From: Bigelowiella natans CCMP2755
Lineage: Eukaryota > Protista > Cercozoa
Reading direction: 5' to 3'
DNA: 53,561 bases
Assembly (NCBI GenBank): GCA_000320545.1
Contig: ADNK01001460.1
Coordinates: 1 to 53,561 of the forward strand
In this document: piece by piece, positions 13,401-26,620 of the stretch
How positions within the stretch are numbered: the first letter of the stretch is position 1
Layout of the letters: each line of letters starts with the position of its first letter
Program-made: the position numbers and the translations under genes
Notes under the pieces: model-generated
Seen by the model: only the letters and a program-made list of their open reading frames with translations
What the model was told of the DNA's origin: nothing
Database searches by the model: none

Positions 13401-16400
13401 GAGGCATAGTGAAAGCGACTAGCTCGCTATGCACGGCTGCGAGAATGGCGGGCATTCAGCAAAATGAAACCTTTACGATGACAATGCACCATCGTCGCGA
13501 ATCCCCATCTTGTTCCGCCAATGGGATAAAGAGTGTCTTTTTTGATGGAAGAGGATCACAATATCATAGTTTTAATGAGCTATCATACAGTGTCACGTCC
13601 TCTCGAGACACATCATTTCCATCATTGAGCCCTATAGCTGGCACGGGTTCTCCATCAGCTAGTCCTATCATTCAGACCACGAGTCCCACAGGTTCTCCAT
13701 CGAGTTCTCCATCGAGTTCTCCATCGGCCTATTTTAGTTTCGGAACGATATCGCCATCGGCTAGTCCTGTATATGGCGGCACGCATTCTCCATCAGCTAG
13801 CCCTACGGACTCTCCCTCGGCGAGCCCTGCAGGTGGCACAGGAGCTCCATCGAATGCTCCATGGTCTTCTTATAATTTCGGAACGATATCGCCATCGGCT
13901 AGTCCTGTACATGGCGGCACGGGTTCTCAATCAGCTAGCCCTACGGCTTCTCCATCGGCCTTATTTAATTTCGGAACGAGATCGCCATCGGCTAGTCCTG
14001 TACATGGTGGCACGGGATCTCCATCAGCTAGCCCTACGGCTTCGCCATCGGCTAGCCCTGTAGATGGCACAGGGTCTCCATCAGCTAGCCCTACGGCTTC
14101 TCCATCAAAATTTCTATCAGCTAGCCCTATACATGGCTCGGGATCTCCATCAGCTAGCCCTACGGGTTCTCCATCCGCTAGCCCTGTAGATGGCACAGGG
14201 TCCCCATCAGCTAGCCCTACGGCTTCTCCATCAAAATTTCTATCAGCTAGCCCTATGCATGGCACGGGATCTCCATCAGCTAGCCCTACGGCTTCTCCAT
14301 CAAAATTTCTATCGGCTAGCCCTATGCATGGCACAGGGTCCCCATCAGCTAGCCCTACGGCTTCTCCATCAAAATTTCTATCAGCTAGCCCTATGCATGG
14401 CACGGGATCTCCATCAGCTAGCCCTACGGGTTCTCCATCAGCTAGCCCTATGCATGGCACAGGGTCTCCATCAGCTAGCCCTACGGCTTCTCCATCAAAA
14501 TTTCTATCAGCTAGCCCTATGCATGGCACGGGATCTCCATCAGCTAGCCCTACGACTTCTCCATCAGCTAGCCCTGTAGATGGCACAGGGTCTCCATCAG
14601 CTAGCCCTACGGCTTCTCCATCAAAATTTCTATCAGCTAGCCCTATACATGGCACGGGATCTCCATCAGCTAGCCCTACGGCTTCTCCATCAGCTAGCCC
14701 TGTATATGGCACAGGGTCACCATCGACGAGCCCTGTTGTTGTAACCTCAGCCCCTGGCAAGTTAGTAGATTGGGCATTGTCCTGTGACGATAGTCAAATG
14801 GATGAATTAGATTACTATTCTGTAGGCTCTACTTTCTATGTAACATGTCAGTCTGTCCAACCATGTTTTGGGGCGGTAATCGGCTGTCCAGTGAATGGAG
14901 GAAAGGTCTCTGTATTCAGCTATATTTGCAGCACTGCAAGGATGCTTGGCATTCCGAAAAATGTTGTGTTTTCCCTGACCAGAGAAGCAAGTCCGAACTC
15001 GTTTACATCCTGTACTTTAAATGGCAGAACAAGTTCCGACTCTACATATTTCTCTACATCTTTATCTCATGGAGCTTATAGTCTTAACTATCCTCCTCTG
15101 ACACGCTATGGTCCATCCCCTGATATGATTTTCCGCAACTGCTCGAGCAGGTTTATGAGTCCCGGTTACGTTCCTTCTTACTTCCCGATTGGTTCGACCT
15201 TCAAAGTGAAATGCGACACGGACATCTCAGGATGTAATGATGTTGTGTATGGCTGCCCTTTAGATGGGTACATCATTCAAGGTAGCCACGTTTGCTCTGT
15301 TGCTCGGATGCTTGGTATTCCCAGAAACATGTCGTTTTCGCTCATTACGAGCTATCATCGCAACGGTTTATCATGCACCTCAAATGGAATCTCAAGCTCT
15401 GCATCTGGAGGCATCTCATTTGTTCTTTCGGTACCCCCGGCCTATTCAACCTCTCTGGCTACAGTATCGCCGACACCTGCGTCCCCTACAATGTCTCCTG
15501 CTACACATGCCTCGACCAACCCCCCTATTCACACAAACGTCACTACTGTAAATTGCCAGAATGATAGCCTCCCCTTCCTGTTCTCGTCTTATCCTCCTGG
15601 ATCAACAGTTACAGCGACGTGCATCTCTGTATCCTCCTGTAACGGTACCGTGCTAGGCTGTCCATTAAATGGAGGCATTGTAGAGCGGAACAGCAGTATA
15701 TGCTCAGTCGCGCGGATGCTTGGGATCCCTGCGAATAATAGCTTCACATTGACAATCACGGCAGGAGATCACTATTTCCGGTCTTGCTCTTCTCATGGAA
15801 TAACCTCGTCATGGAATAGTTATTATTATAGGCAGAAAGCGTATTATGTCAGTAGTCTGCCTATCAATGTATCGCACTGCGGTAATTTTTTTTCAGATAA
15901 AAGTTATGGGTCAGGGGGTTACGGACTAGGTGATACATATCAGGTGTTCTGCTCAGTAACATGCAATGCCACAGTTTACGGTTGTCCGCTCAACGGAGGC
16001 ATAGTGAAAGCGACTAGCTCGCTATGCACGGCTGCGAGAATGGCGGGCATTCAGCAAAATGAAACCTTTACGATGACAATGCACCATCGTCGCGAATCCC
16101 CATCTTGTTCCGCCAATGGGATAAAGAGTGTCTTTTTTGATGGAAGAGGATCACAATATCATAGTTTTAATGAGCTATCATACAGTGTCACGTCCTCTCG
16201 AGACACATCATTTCCATCATTGAGCCCTATAGCTGGCACGGGTTCTCCATCAGCTAGTCCTATCATTCAGACCACGAGTCCCACAGGTTCTCCATCGAGT
16301 TCTCCATCGAGTTCTCCATCGGCCTATTTTAGTTTCGGAACGATATCGCCATCGGCTAGTCCTGTATATGGCGGCACGCATTCTCCATCAGCTAGCCCTA

Positions 16401-19400
16401 CGGACTCTCCCTCGGCGAGCCCTGCAGGTGGCACAGGAGCTCCATCGAATGCTCCATGGTCTTCTTATAATTTCGGAACGATATCGCCATCGGCTAGTCC
16501 TGTACATGGCGGCACGGGTTCTCAATCAGCTAGCCCTACGGCTTCTCCATCGGCCTTATTTAATTTCGGAACGAGATCGCCATCGGCTAGTCCTGTACAT
16601 GGTGGCACGGGATCTCCATCAGCTAGCCCTACGGGTTCTCCATCAGCTAGCCCTGTAGATGGCACAGGGTCTCCATCAGCTAGCCCTACGGCTTCTCCAT
16701 CAAAATTTCTATCAGCTAGCCCTATGCATGGCACGGGATCTCCATCAGCTAGCCCTACGGGTTCTCCATCAGCTAGCCCTATGCATGGCACAGGGTCTCC
16801 ATCAGCTAGCCCTACGGCTTCTCCATCAAAATTTCTATCAGCTAGCCCTATGCATGGCACGGGATCTCCATCAGCTAGCCCTACGGCTTCTCCATCAAAA
16901 TTTCTATCGGCTAGCCCTATGCATGGCACAGGGTCCCCATCAGCTAGCCCTACGGCTTCTCCATCAAAATTTCTATCAGCTAGCCCTATACATGGCACGG
17001 GATCTCCATCAGCTAGCCCTACGGGTTCTCCATCAGCTAGCCCTATGCATGGCACAGGGTCTCCATCAGCTAGCCCTACGGCTTCTCCATCAAAATTTCT
17101 ATCAGCTAGCCCTATGCATGGCACGGGATCTCCATCAGCTAGCCCTACGGGTTCTCCATCCGCTAGCCCTGTAGATGGCACAGGGTCTCCATCAGCTAGC
17201 CCTACGGCTTCTCCATCAAAATTTCTATCAGCTAGCCCTATGCATGGCACGGGATCTCCATCAGCTAGCCCTGTAGATGGCACAGGGTCACCATCGACGA
17301 GCCCTGTTGTTGTAACCTCAGCCCCTGGCAAGTTAGTAGATTGGGCATTGTCCTGTGACGATAGTCAAATGGATGAATTAGATTACTATTCTGTAGGCTC
17401 TACTTTCTATGTAACATGTCAGTCTGTCCAACCATGTTTTGGGGCGGTAATCGGCTGTCCAGTGAATGGAGGAAAGGTCTCTGTATTCAGCTATATTTGC
17501 AGCACTGCAAGGATGCTTGGCATTCCGAAAAATGTTGTGTTTTCCCTGACCAGAGAAGCAAGTCCGAACTCGTTTACATCCTGTACTTTAAATGGCAGAA
17601 CAAGTTCCGACTCTACATATTTCTCTACATCTTTATCTCATGGAGCTTATAGTCTTAACTATCCTCCTCTGACACGCTATGGTCCATCCCCTGATATGAT
17701 TTTCCGCAACTGCTCGAGCAGGTTTATGAGTCCCGGTTACGTTCCTTCTTACTTCCCGATTGGTTCGACCTTCAAAGTGAAATGCGACACGGACATCTCA
17801 GGATGTAATGATGTTGTGTATGGCTGCCCTTTAGATGGGTACATCATTCAAGGTAGCCACGTTTGCTCTGTTGCTCGGATGCTTGGTATTCCCAGAAACA
17901 TGTCGTTTTCGCTCATTACGAGCTATCATCGCAACGGTTTATCATGCACCTCAAATGGAATCTCAAGCTCTGCATCTGGAGGCATCTCATTTGTTCTTTC
18001 GGTACCCCCGGCCTATTCAACCTCTCTGGCTACAGTATCGCCGACACCTGCGTCCCCTACAATGTCTCCTGCTACACATGCCTCGACCAACCCCCCTATT
18101 CACACAAACGTCACTACTGTAAATTGCCAGAATGATAGCCTCCCCTTCCTGTTCTCGTCTTATCCTCCTGGATCAACAGTTACAGCGACGTGCATCTCTG
18201 TATCCTCCTGTAACGGTACCGTGCTAGGCTGTCCATTAAATGGAGGCATTGTAGAGCGGAACAGCAGTATATGCTCAGTCGCGCGGATGCTTGGGATCCC
18301 TGCGAATAATAGCTTCACATTGACAATCACGGCAGGAGATCACTATTTCCGGTCTTGCTCTTCTCATGGAATAACCTCGTCATGGAATAGTTATTATTAT
18401 AGGCAGAAAGCGTATTATGTCAGTAGTCTGCCTATCAATGTATCGCACTGCGGTAATTTTTTTTCAGATAAAAGTTATGGGTCAGGGGGTTACGGACTAG
18501 GTGATACATATCAGGTGTTCTGCTCAGTAACATGCAATGCCACAGTTTACGGTTGTCCGCTCAACGGAGGCATAGTGAAAGCGACTAGCTCGCTATGCAC
18601 GGCTGCGAGAATGGCGGGCATTCAGCAAAATGAAACCTTTACGATGACAATGCACCATCGTCGCGAATCCCCATCTTGTTCCGCCAATGGGATAAAGAGT
18701 GTCTTTTTTGATGGAAGAGGATCACAATATCATAGTTTTAATGAGCTATCATACAGTGTCACGTCCTCTCGAGACACATCATTTCCATCATTGAGCCCTA
18801 TAGCTGGCACGGGTTCTCCATCGGCTAGCCCTGCCGTTCAATCTTCGAGTCCTACAGGAGCCCCATCGAGTACTTCATCGGCTAATCCTGGTACTGAAAC
18901 AGGAACGCCATCGACGAGCCCTATAGCTGGTACGGCTTCTCCATCGGCTAGCCCATTCGTTCAATCCTCAAATCGCACAGGAGCTCCATCGAGTACCCCG
19001 TCGGTTAGTCCTTCATCAACGAGCTTTAACCCCACAGGTATTTATTTTTCACTTGGCTCGTGTTAATCAGAACACCCACTGAAATAGATCTACTACTTGA
19101 TTTAAAAGGAACTTTCTCTCTTCTCCTAAAGTTTGATGTAAGCTAATGTCCTATCCCCTTTTATAATAGGGACTCCGACGTCTTCGTTCCGTACTCACGT
19201 CTTCTCATATAAAGTATATTTAATTATGACTTTCGTCAAGTTACAAGGATTGAATGCCCACTATCCTTGCCATTATTAAGTATTTATTTTATTAAGATTG
19301 CGTGAAAAGCGGGAAAAATTATACGCATTTACGATTCGTGTATCTGGTTGCCTCTATTTATGTTTAAATATACGAATCTTTCCAGGTATCATCACTCTCA

Positions 19401-20856
19401 TATTTGGAAGCGCAGGCCCTTGTAGAGGATCTTAACACGAATTTGGAGAATGTATTTCCAACGGAAATGATAAACACGTAAGAGCTACAATTTCTGTTTT
19501 TACTTGTGTTGCTAAGAATTATATGGCATGCTGGCATCGCACCCCAAGGCTGGGCTTTGACACAATACACGCACACATGCGATCGTTCTCGATTTCTTAT
19601 CCATACTTTTCTCATGTTACAATTTTGCGATTACATCGTTCTAGATACACAATTACTGCAAGTACACCTGCCCGGGCTGGTAGGTTCCAGCAGTACCCTA
19701 GTCCTGCACCCACATCACCAACGCCCAGGCCTGCTACCTTTCAGCCGACGGTAGAGGAAGGAACAGACCCTTCGGTTACTTCTGTGCAAGCTGTGCGACT
19801 GATATGCACCTTCAGCGCTATCGACTACACTACCTGGCGTGAAATAGAACAAATACAGTTTGAAGCAAATTTCAAGTCCGCCCTTGCCTCATCGGCTCGG
19901 GTGCTTGTGAGTGCAGTAATAATCTTAGGATACTCTCTCGGAAGCACAGTGGTGGAAAGCGAAATACGTGAGTCTTAACTTCTCGTAACTTACTTGCATT
20001 CGCGATCTCGACTTACGTCACAATGATCGTTCATTGAGAACACTTCATCTCTCGTTTCTCCTCTTTATTTTTTTTAAATGCTCATCGCTAATGCGATAAA
20101 TTAGGTACTTCAAACACAAGTACTGCAGAGCGGATGGCGAACGTAGCACGTGTCTCTCCCCAAAACATCTTTAATACATCCAACGGCTTTGACACTTCCA
20201 CTTACGGGCAGCCGCAAGTTGTGGCTACCATCGTAAGAGTTACTCGCAGCCCAAGCGCATCTCCATCTACTCGCAGCCCAAGCGCATCTCCATCTACTCG
20301 CAGCCCAAGCGCATCTCCATCTACTATTGTTACCCTCGCAGAAAGTGGCTCCGATGCTGGACAGAGTGGGGGAGGGAGCGGTTTCGATTTTGCTGTAGTG
20401 GTAAGTGATTGTATTTTTAACACTGGTGTTAATGTCAATTCACCATTGACAATTTATCACAATTTAGATTTTTATCATATTATCAAAATAAACGTTATTT
20501 ACATATTTTGAACACTAGGCTTTATCTTCTACTTTCTTCTACCTTGTCTCTATGTCTATAAACTGGTTCACTACTTCACTACATTCAACTCTCACCGTTT
20601 ATTTCATTTATTTCTTCTCATTTAGATTGGTGGAGTCATTGGCGCCATCATTGTTATAGCTGTGATTTCCGCATCCTACTATAGATGCTGTTACACACGG
20701 CGTAGTAGTCAGAAAGAACAAGCCACTATTGGAATGCAAGCACCAGCTTCTATTGAGTTGCAGTCGAAAGGAAGCCCTGCTGCGGGGCACACTGTTTCCG
20801 GGAAAGTTTTATCAACGACTTGGGGGCAACAAAATGATCTACGCGTAGCGATATAA
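6449..20856 (+). CDS. Giant single-pass cell-surface mucin-like protein: signal peptide, Cys-rich modules, 12 LCCL-like domains, Ser/Pro/Thr stalks, SEA-like module, TM helix
   Basis: Signal peptide MMFRRNSFGACVLFWSLVAVNA at 6449. Approximate exons: 6854-7617, 7818-7927, 8058-10301, 10496-11050, 11397-19037, 19644-19967, 20105-20400, 20626-20856. Motifs: CDDGGPGSRYSACEYGSDSNDCG; repeated ICSxARMLG...SCxxNGxxS (LCCL-like); LGYSLGSTVVESEI (SEA-like); IGGVIGAIIVIAVISASYY (TM). It could be two adjacent genes if the 11.05-11.4 kb junction is not spliced. Confidence 0.75.
10870..10952 (+). repeat. 24-bp coding tandem repeat (PEPTPMPS) x~3.5
   Basis: ccaacgccaatgccatcgcccgag repeated. Confidence 0.9.
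11438..11894 (+). repeat. 120-bp coding tandem repeat (40 aa, Ser/Pro/Ala-rich) x~4
   Basis: Unit SSAPSSAPSYSPSSSPTGAPSSVWSPSARPVVGASM recurs every 120 nt. Confidence 0.95.
12125..18822 (+). repeat. Three near-identical ~2.6-kb units, each with 4 LCCL-like domains plus a variable GTGSPSASP minisatellite
   Basis: Cores start at 12125, 14720 and 17291 (spacing 2595 and 2571). The ~1.5-kb cores differ by only two residues in the ORF translation. Confidence 0.97.
20243..20323 (+). repeat. 27-bp coding repeat (TRSPSASPS) x3
   Basis: actcgcagcccaagcgcatctccatct repeated. Confidence 0.9.
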
Positions 20857-21678
20857 CTCTAAGTCATTCCATAAAAAATGACATAGCTAGGCGATGTCAT
20901 CATTTATGTTGCAAGTCTCCATCAAATTTTCGCTCAAAACAATAAAATATCGCAAGCAACTACCCCACTGTACCTCATGGACTAAGTGCACATGTATCTC
21001 CCTCCCATAATTGCTTGTACGCGTACTAGAAAAGAAATGCTACTAGGTTGAGGATGCTTAAAATAACAATCAAATTGTGCGATCTTAAGATTTAAACATA
21101 GGGGAAATCGTGCATTGCGCTGCCACAATTCACAGTCCACGAGATGACGTGAAGCTTCCAAGGTCACCCACCCCGCATGCAGATGGCAGGCATGCATGTA
21201 ATAGCAACACCTGGTGTGTTGGTAACTTCAATCTCATGCATGCCCGCAACAATGAGAGAAGATGAAGTTGCCAAATGCTTGCCAGCAGATTGAACATTAG
21301 CGTTGTACGTAACCGCTGTGTTGCACAACTATGCATTAGGATGACCATTGAACAATTGATCAGATTGATTGCATCCGTCTCACTTGCCATCGCTGATGAT
21401 GCGTCATCAATGCTTTTCCTGTGCCATCCATTGTTGCTGTACAGCTGTCCCTACTCGCTCGGACTCAGCACTGATTTTTGTGCACCGTTGCTGCACATTT
21501 TTACATGTTGCATTGCGTGTTGTGTTCTACCACTTATGTCTAGTCTGCAATAATTCTACCTGCGATATTGAGATATTTATTGAGGAAATATTGCATAACT
21601 ATAATTCTTGCGCTCCTGCTTGCTGTGTGTATGCGCGTGCTGTGCTGATGAACAAGCGCGTAATCATGCTCTGCTTCC

Positions 21679-21718
<40 letters not shown>

Positions 21719-21753
21719 ACACGTGAGACGGATCAACGAAAGATAGAAGTGTT

Positions 21754-21787
<34 letters not shown>

Positions 21788-21982
21788 CCACACACACACA
21801 CATCTGTATGCTATGAGGTTGTACAGAAGGCGCATTTCACAAGGGAACGAAATCGTGCAGCAGGCATTTTACTAGTTTTTGCATGCTATGTATTGTTGCA
21901 GATCTATGCATACTGGTGGAAAACTGGGACTGTACTGTAACTATTAATCAGCTGTTATCTTCTCGTTTCCTTCCCCTTTCTG

Positions 21983-24900
21983 TTATAAGTCGGCTATTGT
22001 ACTGAGCAGCTTTTTCCAGCCCTCGGTAAACTCATGTCTCCCACTTTTGACACGGAAGCTGCCTATGCGCCGAAGGTGTGACGAGGCCTCCTCCTCATCG
22101 GAAGAGCTGAAGGAAATTGACTTTTTCAGCAGTATTGCCGCGCCTGATGCCTCCTCCGACGGCGAGGCATTCATGGGAGCCGACTGAGGTGACCTCGGGA
22201 GATGTTTTTTCTTCTCCCATGGCATTTTTAAACCGGGTAAATATGCACGCCGCGCCTGGTTGGCGAGCGGGCTCTTTCGGGACAGCCGAGTGTTATACGA
22301 CTCGCCATCACCTCCCCCCCTTCCCTTATTCCGGGTCACCACAACGGATAATAGCTTGTTTGTTCTGGCGGCGTCGGTGGGCTCACTGAGTTTCCCGTGC
22401 TGTTTCTGCTTGTTGTACCTCGGTTCTCCACTTTTCTTCATGTAGCTACTGGTCGCTGCTGCTTCTTCCCTGCTAGCCGCCTGCTGGAACGCATCCAGCG
22501 CGTCCCCCCCCCATCCTTCGTCGCCATGACCGACTACGTTGTTACAACCCCCCCCACTACCACCACCACCACCACCACCACTGCTGCTGCTGCTGCTGCT
22601 GTGATCGATCCCGCTGATGTTGTTGGAGAACGACTTGCTAGATCTATACGGGCCGATCTCTATCGGCTTCGGCGTTCCTGGGTCTTCTGTCGTGACCCAC
22701 GGTACCTTGTTGCCTAAAAGTCTCCTCGATTGGCAGATCACGCAGGCCGCGTCTGTTCCTGTGAAGACAAAAGGGTGCAAAGGACAGACGATCTGGCTCT
22801 TTCGAGACGGCGGGGACCCCTTCCCTTGGTAGAAAGCGCCCTTCTTGTTGGTAGGAGAGAGTGACACGGTCCTGAGTTTGGATTCAAATGAATTCGTCTT
22901 CGACCTCAATAGTGTGGACGGGGGGAGAGGCAGCTGCTTGCTGCTGCTGCTGTTTCGGAGTTGGAGATTGCGAGCCAGGAGCTTGCTGCTGTCATCGCCG
23001 TTGCTGTCGCTATGAAACATGTTCAGCGGCATCGTCCGAAAATACGACCGATTCGGAGCTCTACTGAGCTTCTCTCGCCGCCCTGGAAACAGCTCATCCA
23101 CGCTATCTAATGTCACATACGTCCGCTTGGCCACACCGGTCACTTCAAACTCAACGGACCTTCTGTGGAATCTTGCGTTCGGACGATGTTTACCCTTCTC
23201 GGCGGCGGCAGTGGCATTCAGTGAGTTGGCTATGTTTACTATCCTGGCAAACTGCTGCCGCTGCTGGTGGTGCTGCCTGGCAAGGTCCCTGTCCAGGAGA
23301 AATTCACCACTGCTGGTCCTTTTGCCTGAGCGACATTGCAACGGGGGTGGAGAAATGAAGACGAGTTAGTTTAGCCCGAATGGCTAGCGAGGTGCGTGCA
23401 TGTGTACGTGCGTGCGTGTGTGCTCTTTGTCGTCGTCTCTTGCTGATTAATGCCACCGGAGATTGGTTACCTTTGAGGAGGCATGTGCCCAGCTGCACGA
23501 TCGACAGTTCCCGCCCTAGTCCCGCAAAACCGTCTCCATCACCGTCCAGGTGCTTCTTGGCGAGGTGCCGAATCTCGTCGTCGCTGAGAGAGCTGTGCAC
23601 GAGGGAATGAAACGTCTCGCCTAGGATGGACTTTTCGCGCCCGATGACCAGCATCTTGTCCGCTAGCGCGCGGAAGCGCGTGAGCTTTTTCGTGAGATCG
23701 GGAGTGAGGCTTTTGGTATGTTTGGCATGCTGCCGCTCTTGCATGTCGCTTGATTCTTTCTTCTTGCTTGCAGGCTCCGGCATGTACTTGTAGTTGTCCG
23801 TGGCCGAAGGTTCTTGCCCACATCGTTGCTCGTCCGTTGTTTTCGTATTACTATAGTCGTCCTTCACCTTGCTCTTGCTTTCTACATCTCCGGCGAGATA
23901 GCTGCTTATGCCGCCATGTTCCTGGTTCTGTTGCTGTTTCTGGTACTGAGAATTAGGGCGACTATGTATGCGATTAAGGATCTTGCTCATCGCAGGGGCT
24001 GCTGTTTTCACGACGTAACGCATCACCTGGCGAGGCAAATGCGTTAACGAGAAAGCAAATGCTGCGGGTGGTTAAGCAGCTGCATGTGTCTGTGTACTTG
24101 TGTTGTGCTATCGTTGTTGTTTGCTGTTGTTGCTGTCGTTGCTGTTGTTGTTGTGTGCATGATTGGAGGGTTCAGAACACTTCTTTGGGGAGCACGTGTC
24201 CCCCCCTCGTTTGTGTCATTACCAACATTGAAAGAAAAGCAATGTTGGGAAAAACCGGAACATGGGAATGAGAGAAAGAGAGAGAAAGAGAGAGAGAGGG
24301 ACAAGGAGAGAGGGAGAGAGAGGAAGAGATACTTACCCTGACGGCTCGAGAGAAGGCCTGCGAGCCAGTTTTACCTGCGGTCTTTGCAGCCCCAACGAAA
24401 TTCTGCAGCACCTCTTGCGTGGTCCCAGCAACCTTCTCAGCTCGAGGAGGTTGAGGAAATTTGTCGCCAACGACTGGCTTATAGCTGGACAGGAACCCAC
24501 GGCTCCGAGTGCTCTTGTTCTTGGGGCTCCACTTCCTCCCGCCCTTTCGCTTGTTATCTTCGCTTACTGTCGCATCTTCCCTGCCTTGGGCGTTGCCATC
24601 GTTGCTTTGATTGTTTTGTTTGTTTTGGTTGTTATGGTTGTCATCTTTGAGGGAGAATAGGGTCGAGGAAGAAGGATCTAGGGAATCGGCAGTAGCCTGT
24701 TTGGAGTATGGCTCGTCGCCACCGCAACCGCCACCGCCACCGCCGCCGCCATCATGAGTATCGTCTCCACTGTTCAAGCCATCTTCCCTGGGATCATTAC
24801 CACCCCCGTCCTTCTCTAAATCGTTCCCATCGTCGTCCATATCACTCAGGTCTGATAACGGAAAATGGATGTCTTTGTGTTAAGAGGCTTCAGAGTAGCA

Positions 24901-25073
24901 ATATATGCCATATTCTACATGCTTCCATTTCCTGGTATAAGTGCGTACCTACGGACGTTAGAATCTGAACCTCGTCCACCGCTTTCAACTTCCTGTACAG
25001 ATATCAATGGTTTGTCGTTAAAGCTAATGTACACAGGGGTGATCAAGAGAGGAAGAGCAGGAGAAAGAGAGAG

Positions 25074-25112
<39 letters not shown>

Positions 25113-26620
25113 CTGACCGAACTCCGTCCTCATCGACTTTGGAGATTCGCATGAGCAGCTTCCTCAGAAAAGAGGTATAAGCCTCCGGCGTGATGTCAAG
25201 GGTCCACAAGTCCTATGTTGGAGCGAGTGGGGGGAGATGGGGGGAAAAGGGAGGAAAGTGCGCTTTAATATAAACATTCCCATGTGTCTGATGTCAGGTC
25301 TCCCGCACTGCTCCTATGAAATTCAACCAGCTGCTGATAACCATAGCTATACATACTTCTTCTCCGTCCGAATTATGCGTATCACATTAGCGTTAATTAC
25401 CGCAAGCTCTTTGATGCCGGCGACATACTGCTGCATGGTCAATTTCCCGGACTGGTTGGGACAAAAAATGTAAGAAATATTATTGAAATGGACTCCGGGA
25501 TGTAGATGTATCGGTTATGATTTCAATTCCAAGGGAGAAGAACTATATATCGGTGGTTTTATCATAGTCGAATTATACTGCTACGATATAGTGCCACGTA
25601 TTGCGCGACAAAACTGATACCTTCCCACGGCCCCCACTGTCTCGCACGAAGTCAGTTTGCGCAAGATCCTCCGCCTGAAATAAAGTGTCTAGTTTCAATT
25701 TTCAGTGACAAATGGCCCTACGCTACCGCCCATCTTCTGATTTTTTCCATCAAAGAGATACAGCTAAACCGTAGTTCGGGACTCCTCACCTTTTTCATCT
25801 CAAAGTCTTCTCGAAGCGCCTGAAGATAGTTTACGAGTGTTGTATGGGGGCTTACTCCGTTGTGAAAGAGAGTGGTTTCAGCAGTCATAGGTGGGAATAT
25901 CGTTGGTGTGCAGGAGCTCTCAGATATACCTTGTTCATGCGAATATGCGCATCCGAATATTGCTGCAGAGACATTCGATCATCGTCTTCCGAGCCCTCAC
26001 CAGAAGACTGAAAGTACATGCACGTGGTCATTTCAGCAGCAGTTTACAATGCTATACTACACCACAAAAGCGTCTTCATTCATAGACTCTCTGCTACCAG
26101 CGCGAAGACTTCTTATGAAGATAGGTGAAGGTTGGTTTCACCTTTACGACTCTCCAAAACATTCTTGCGACATCCGTAACGGATTGGTGGGTCTTGCACG
26201 AAGCACGGCAGTGGGCCTTGTCAGGCAGGTCGAACATCTGCGCACGGTAGTCAAGTATGGTATACGTATCATATGTTACACAAGAAAATTGGAACTGCAA
26301 CATGCACTGCATTTGTTATCATCACTCGCAGACTCTGCAAGGGGAAGAACAACTACATTGATAACAGCAGCAACAAAAACACAAACCTCGTCGCCCTGCT
26401 CATAGTATGGGATAAGCGGTCTTAAAATCTCGAACGCAAAGAGCAACTCCTACGATACAGACGTTTGCCTCTTTAGTTTTATATTCAAACTCGAGTAAAG
26501 ATGTAGCTACCCGCCTGACGGCCCTCTCAATATCCTCGAGCTGCCGCAGGGCGCGAGGAAGATCGAGCTCGTTCGACAAGGGATCCATTTCCATCCCCTT
26601 CACGACCAACAAGCGATCGA
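21983..26620 (-). CDS. Multi-exon protein with N-terminal EF-hand-like domain and long low-complexity C-terminus
   Basis: Exons: MFDLPDKAHCRASCKTHQSVTDVARMFWRVVK | SSGEGSEDDDRMSLQQYSDAHIRMNK | ALREDFEMKK | AEDLAQTDFVRDSGAVG | SGKLTMQQYVAGIKELA | DLWTLDITPEAYTSFLRKLLMRISK, followed by long ORFs within 24172-24840, 23304-24038 and 21983-23341. 5' end uncertain. Confidence 0.6.

Noticed and set aside
13620-14720. CRISPR-like appearance of recurrent ctccatcagctagccct
   Set aside because: Spacers are themselves repeated and in frame within a eukaryotic exon; no cas genes.
13927-17331. Long antisense and off-frame ORFs (GLADGDPVP..., HQLALR...)
   Set aside because: Shadows of the sense-strand coding minisatellite.
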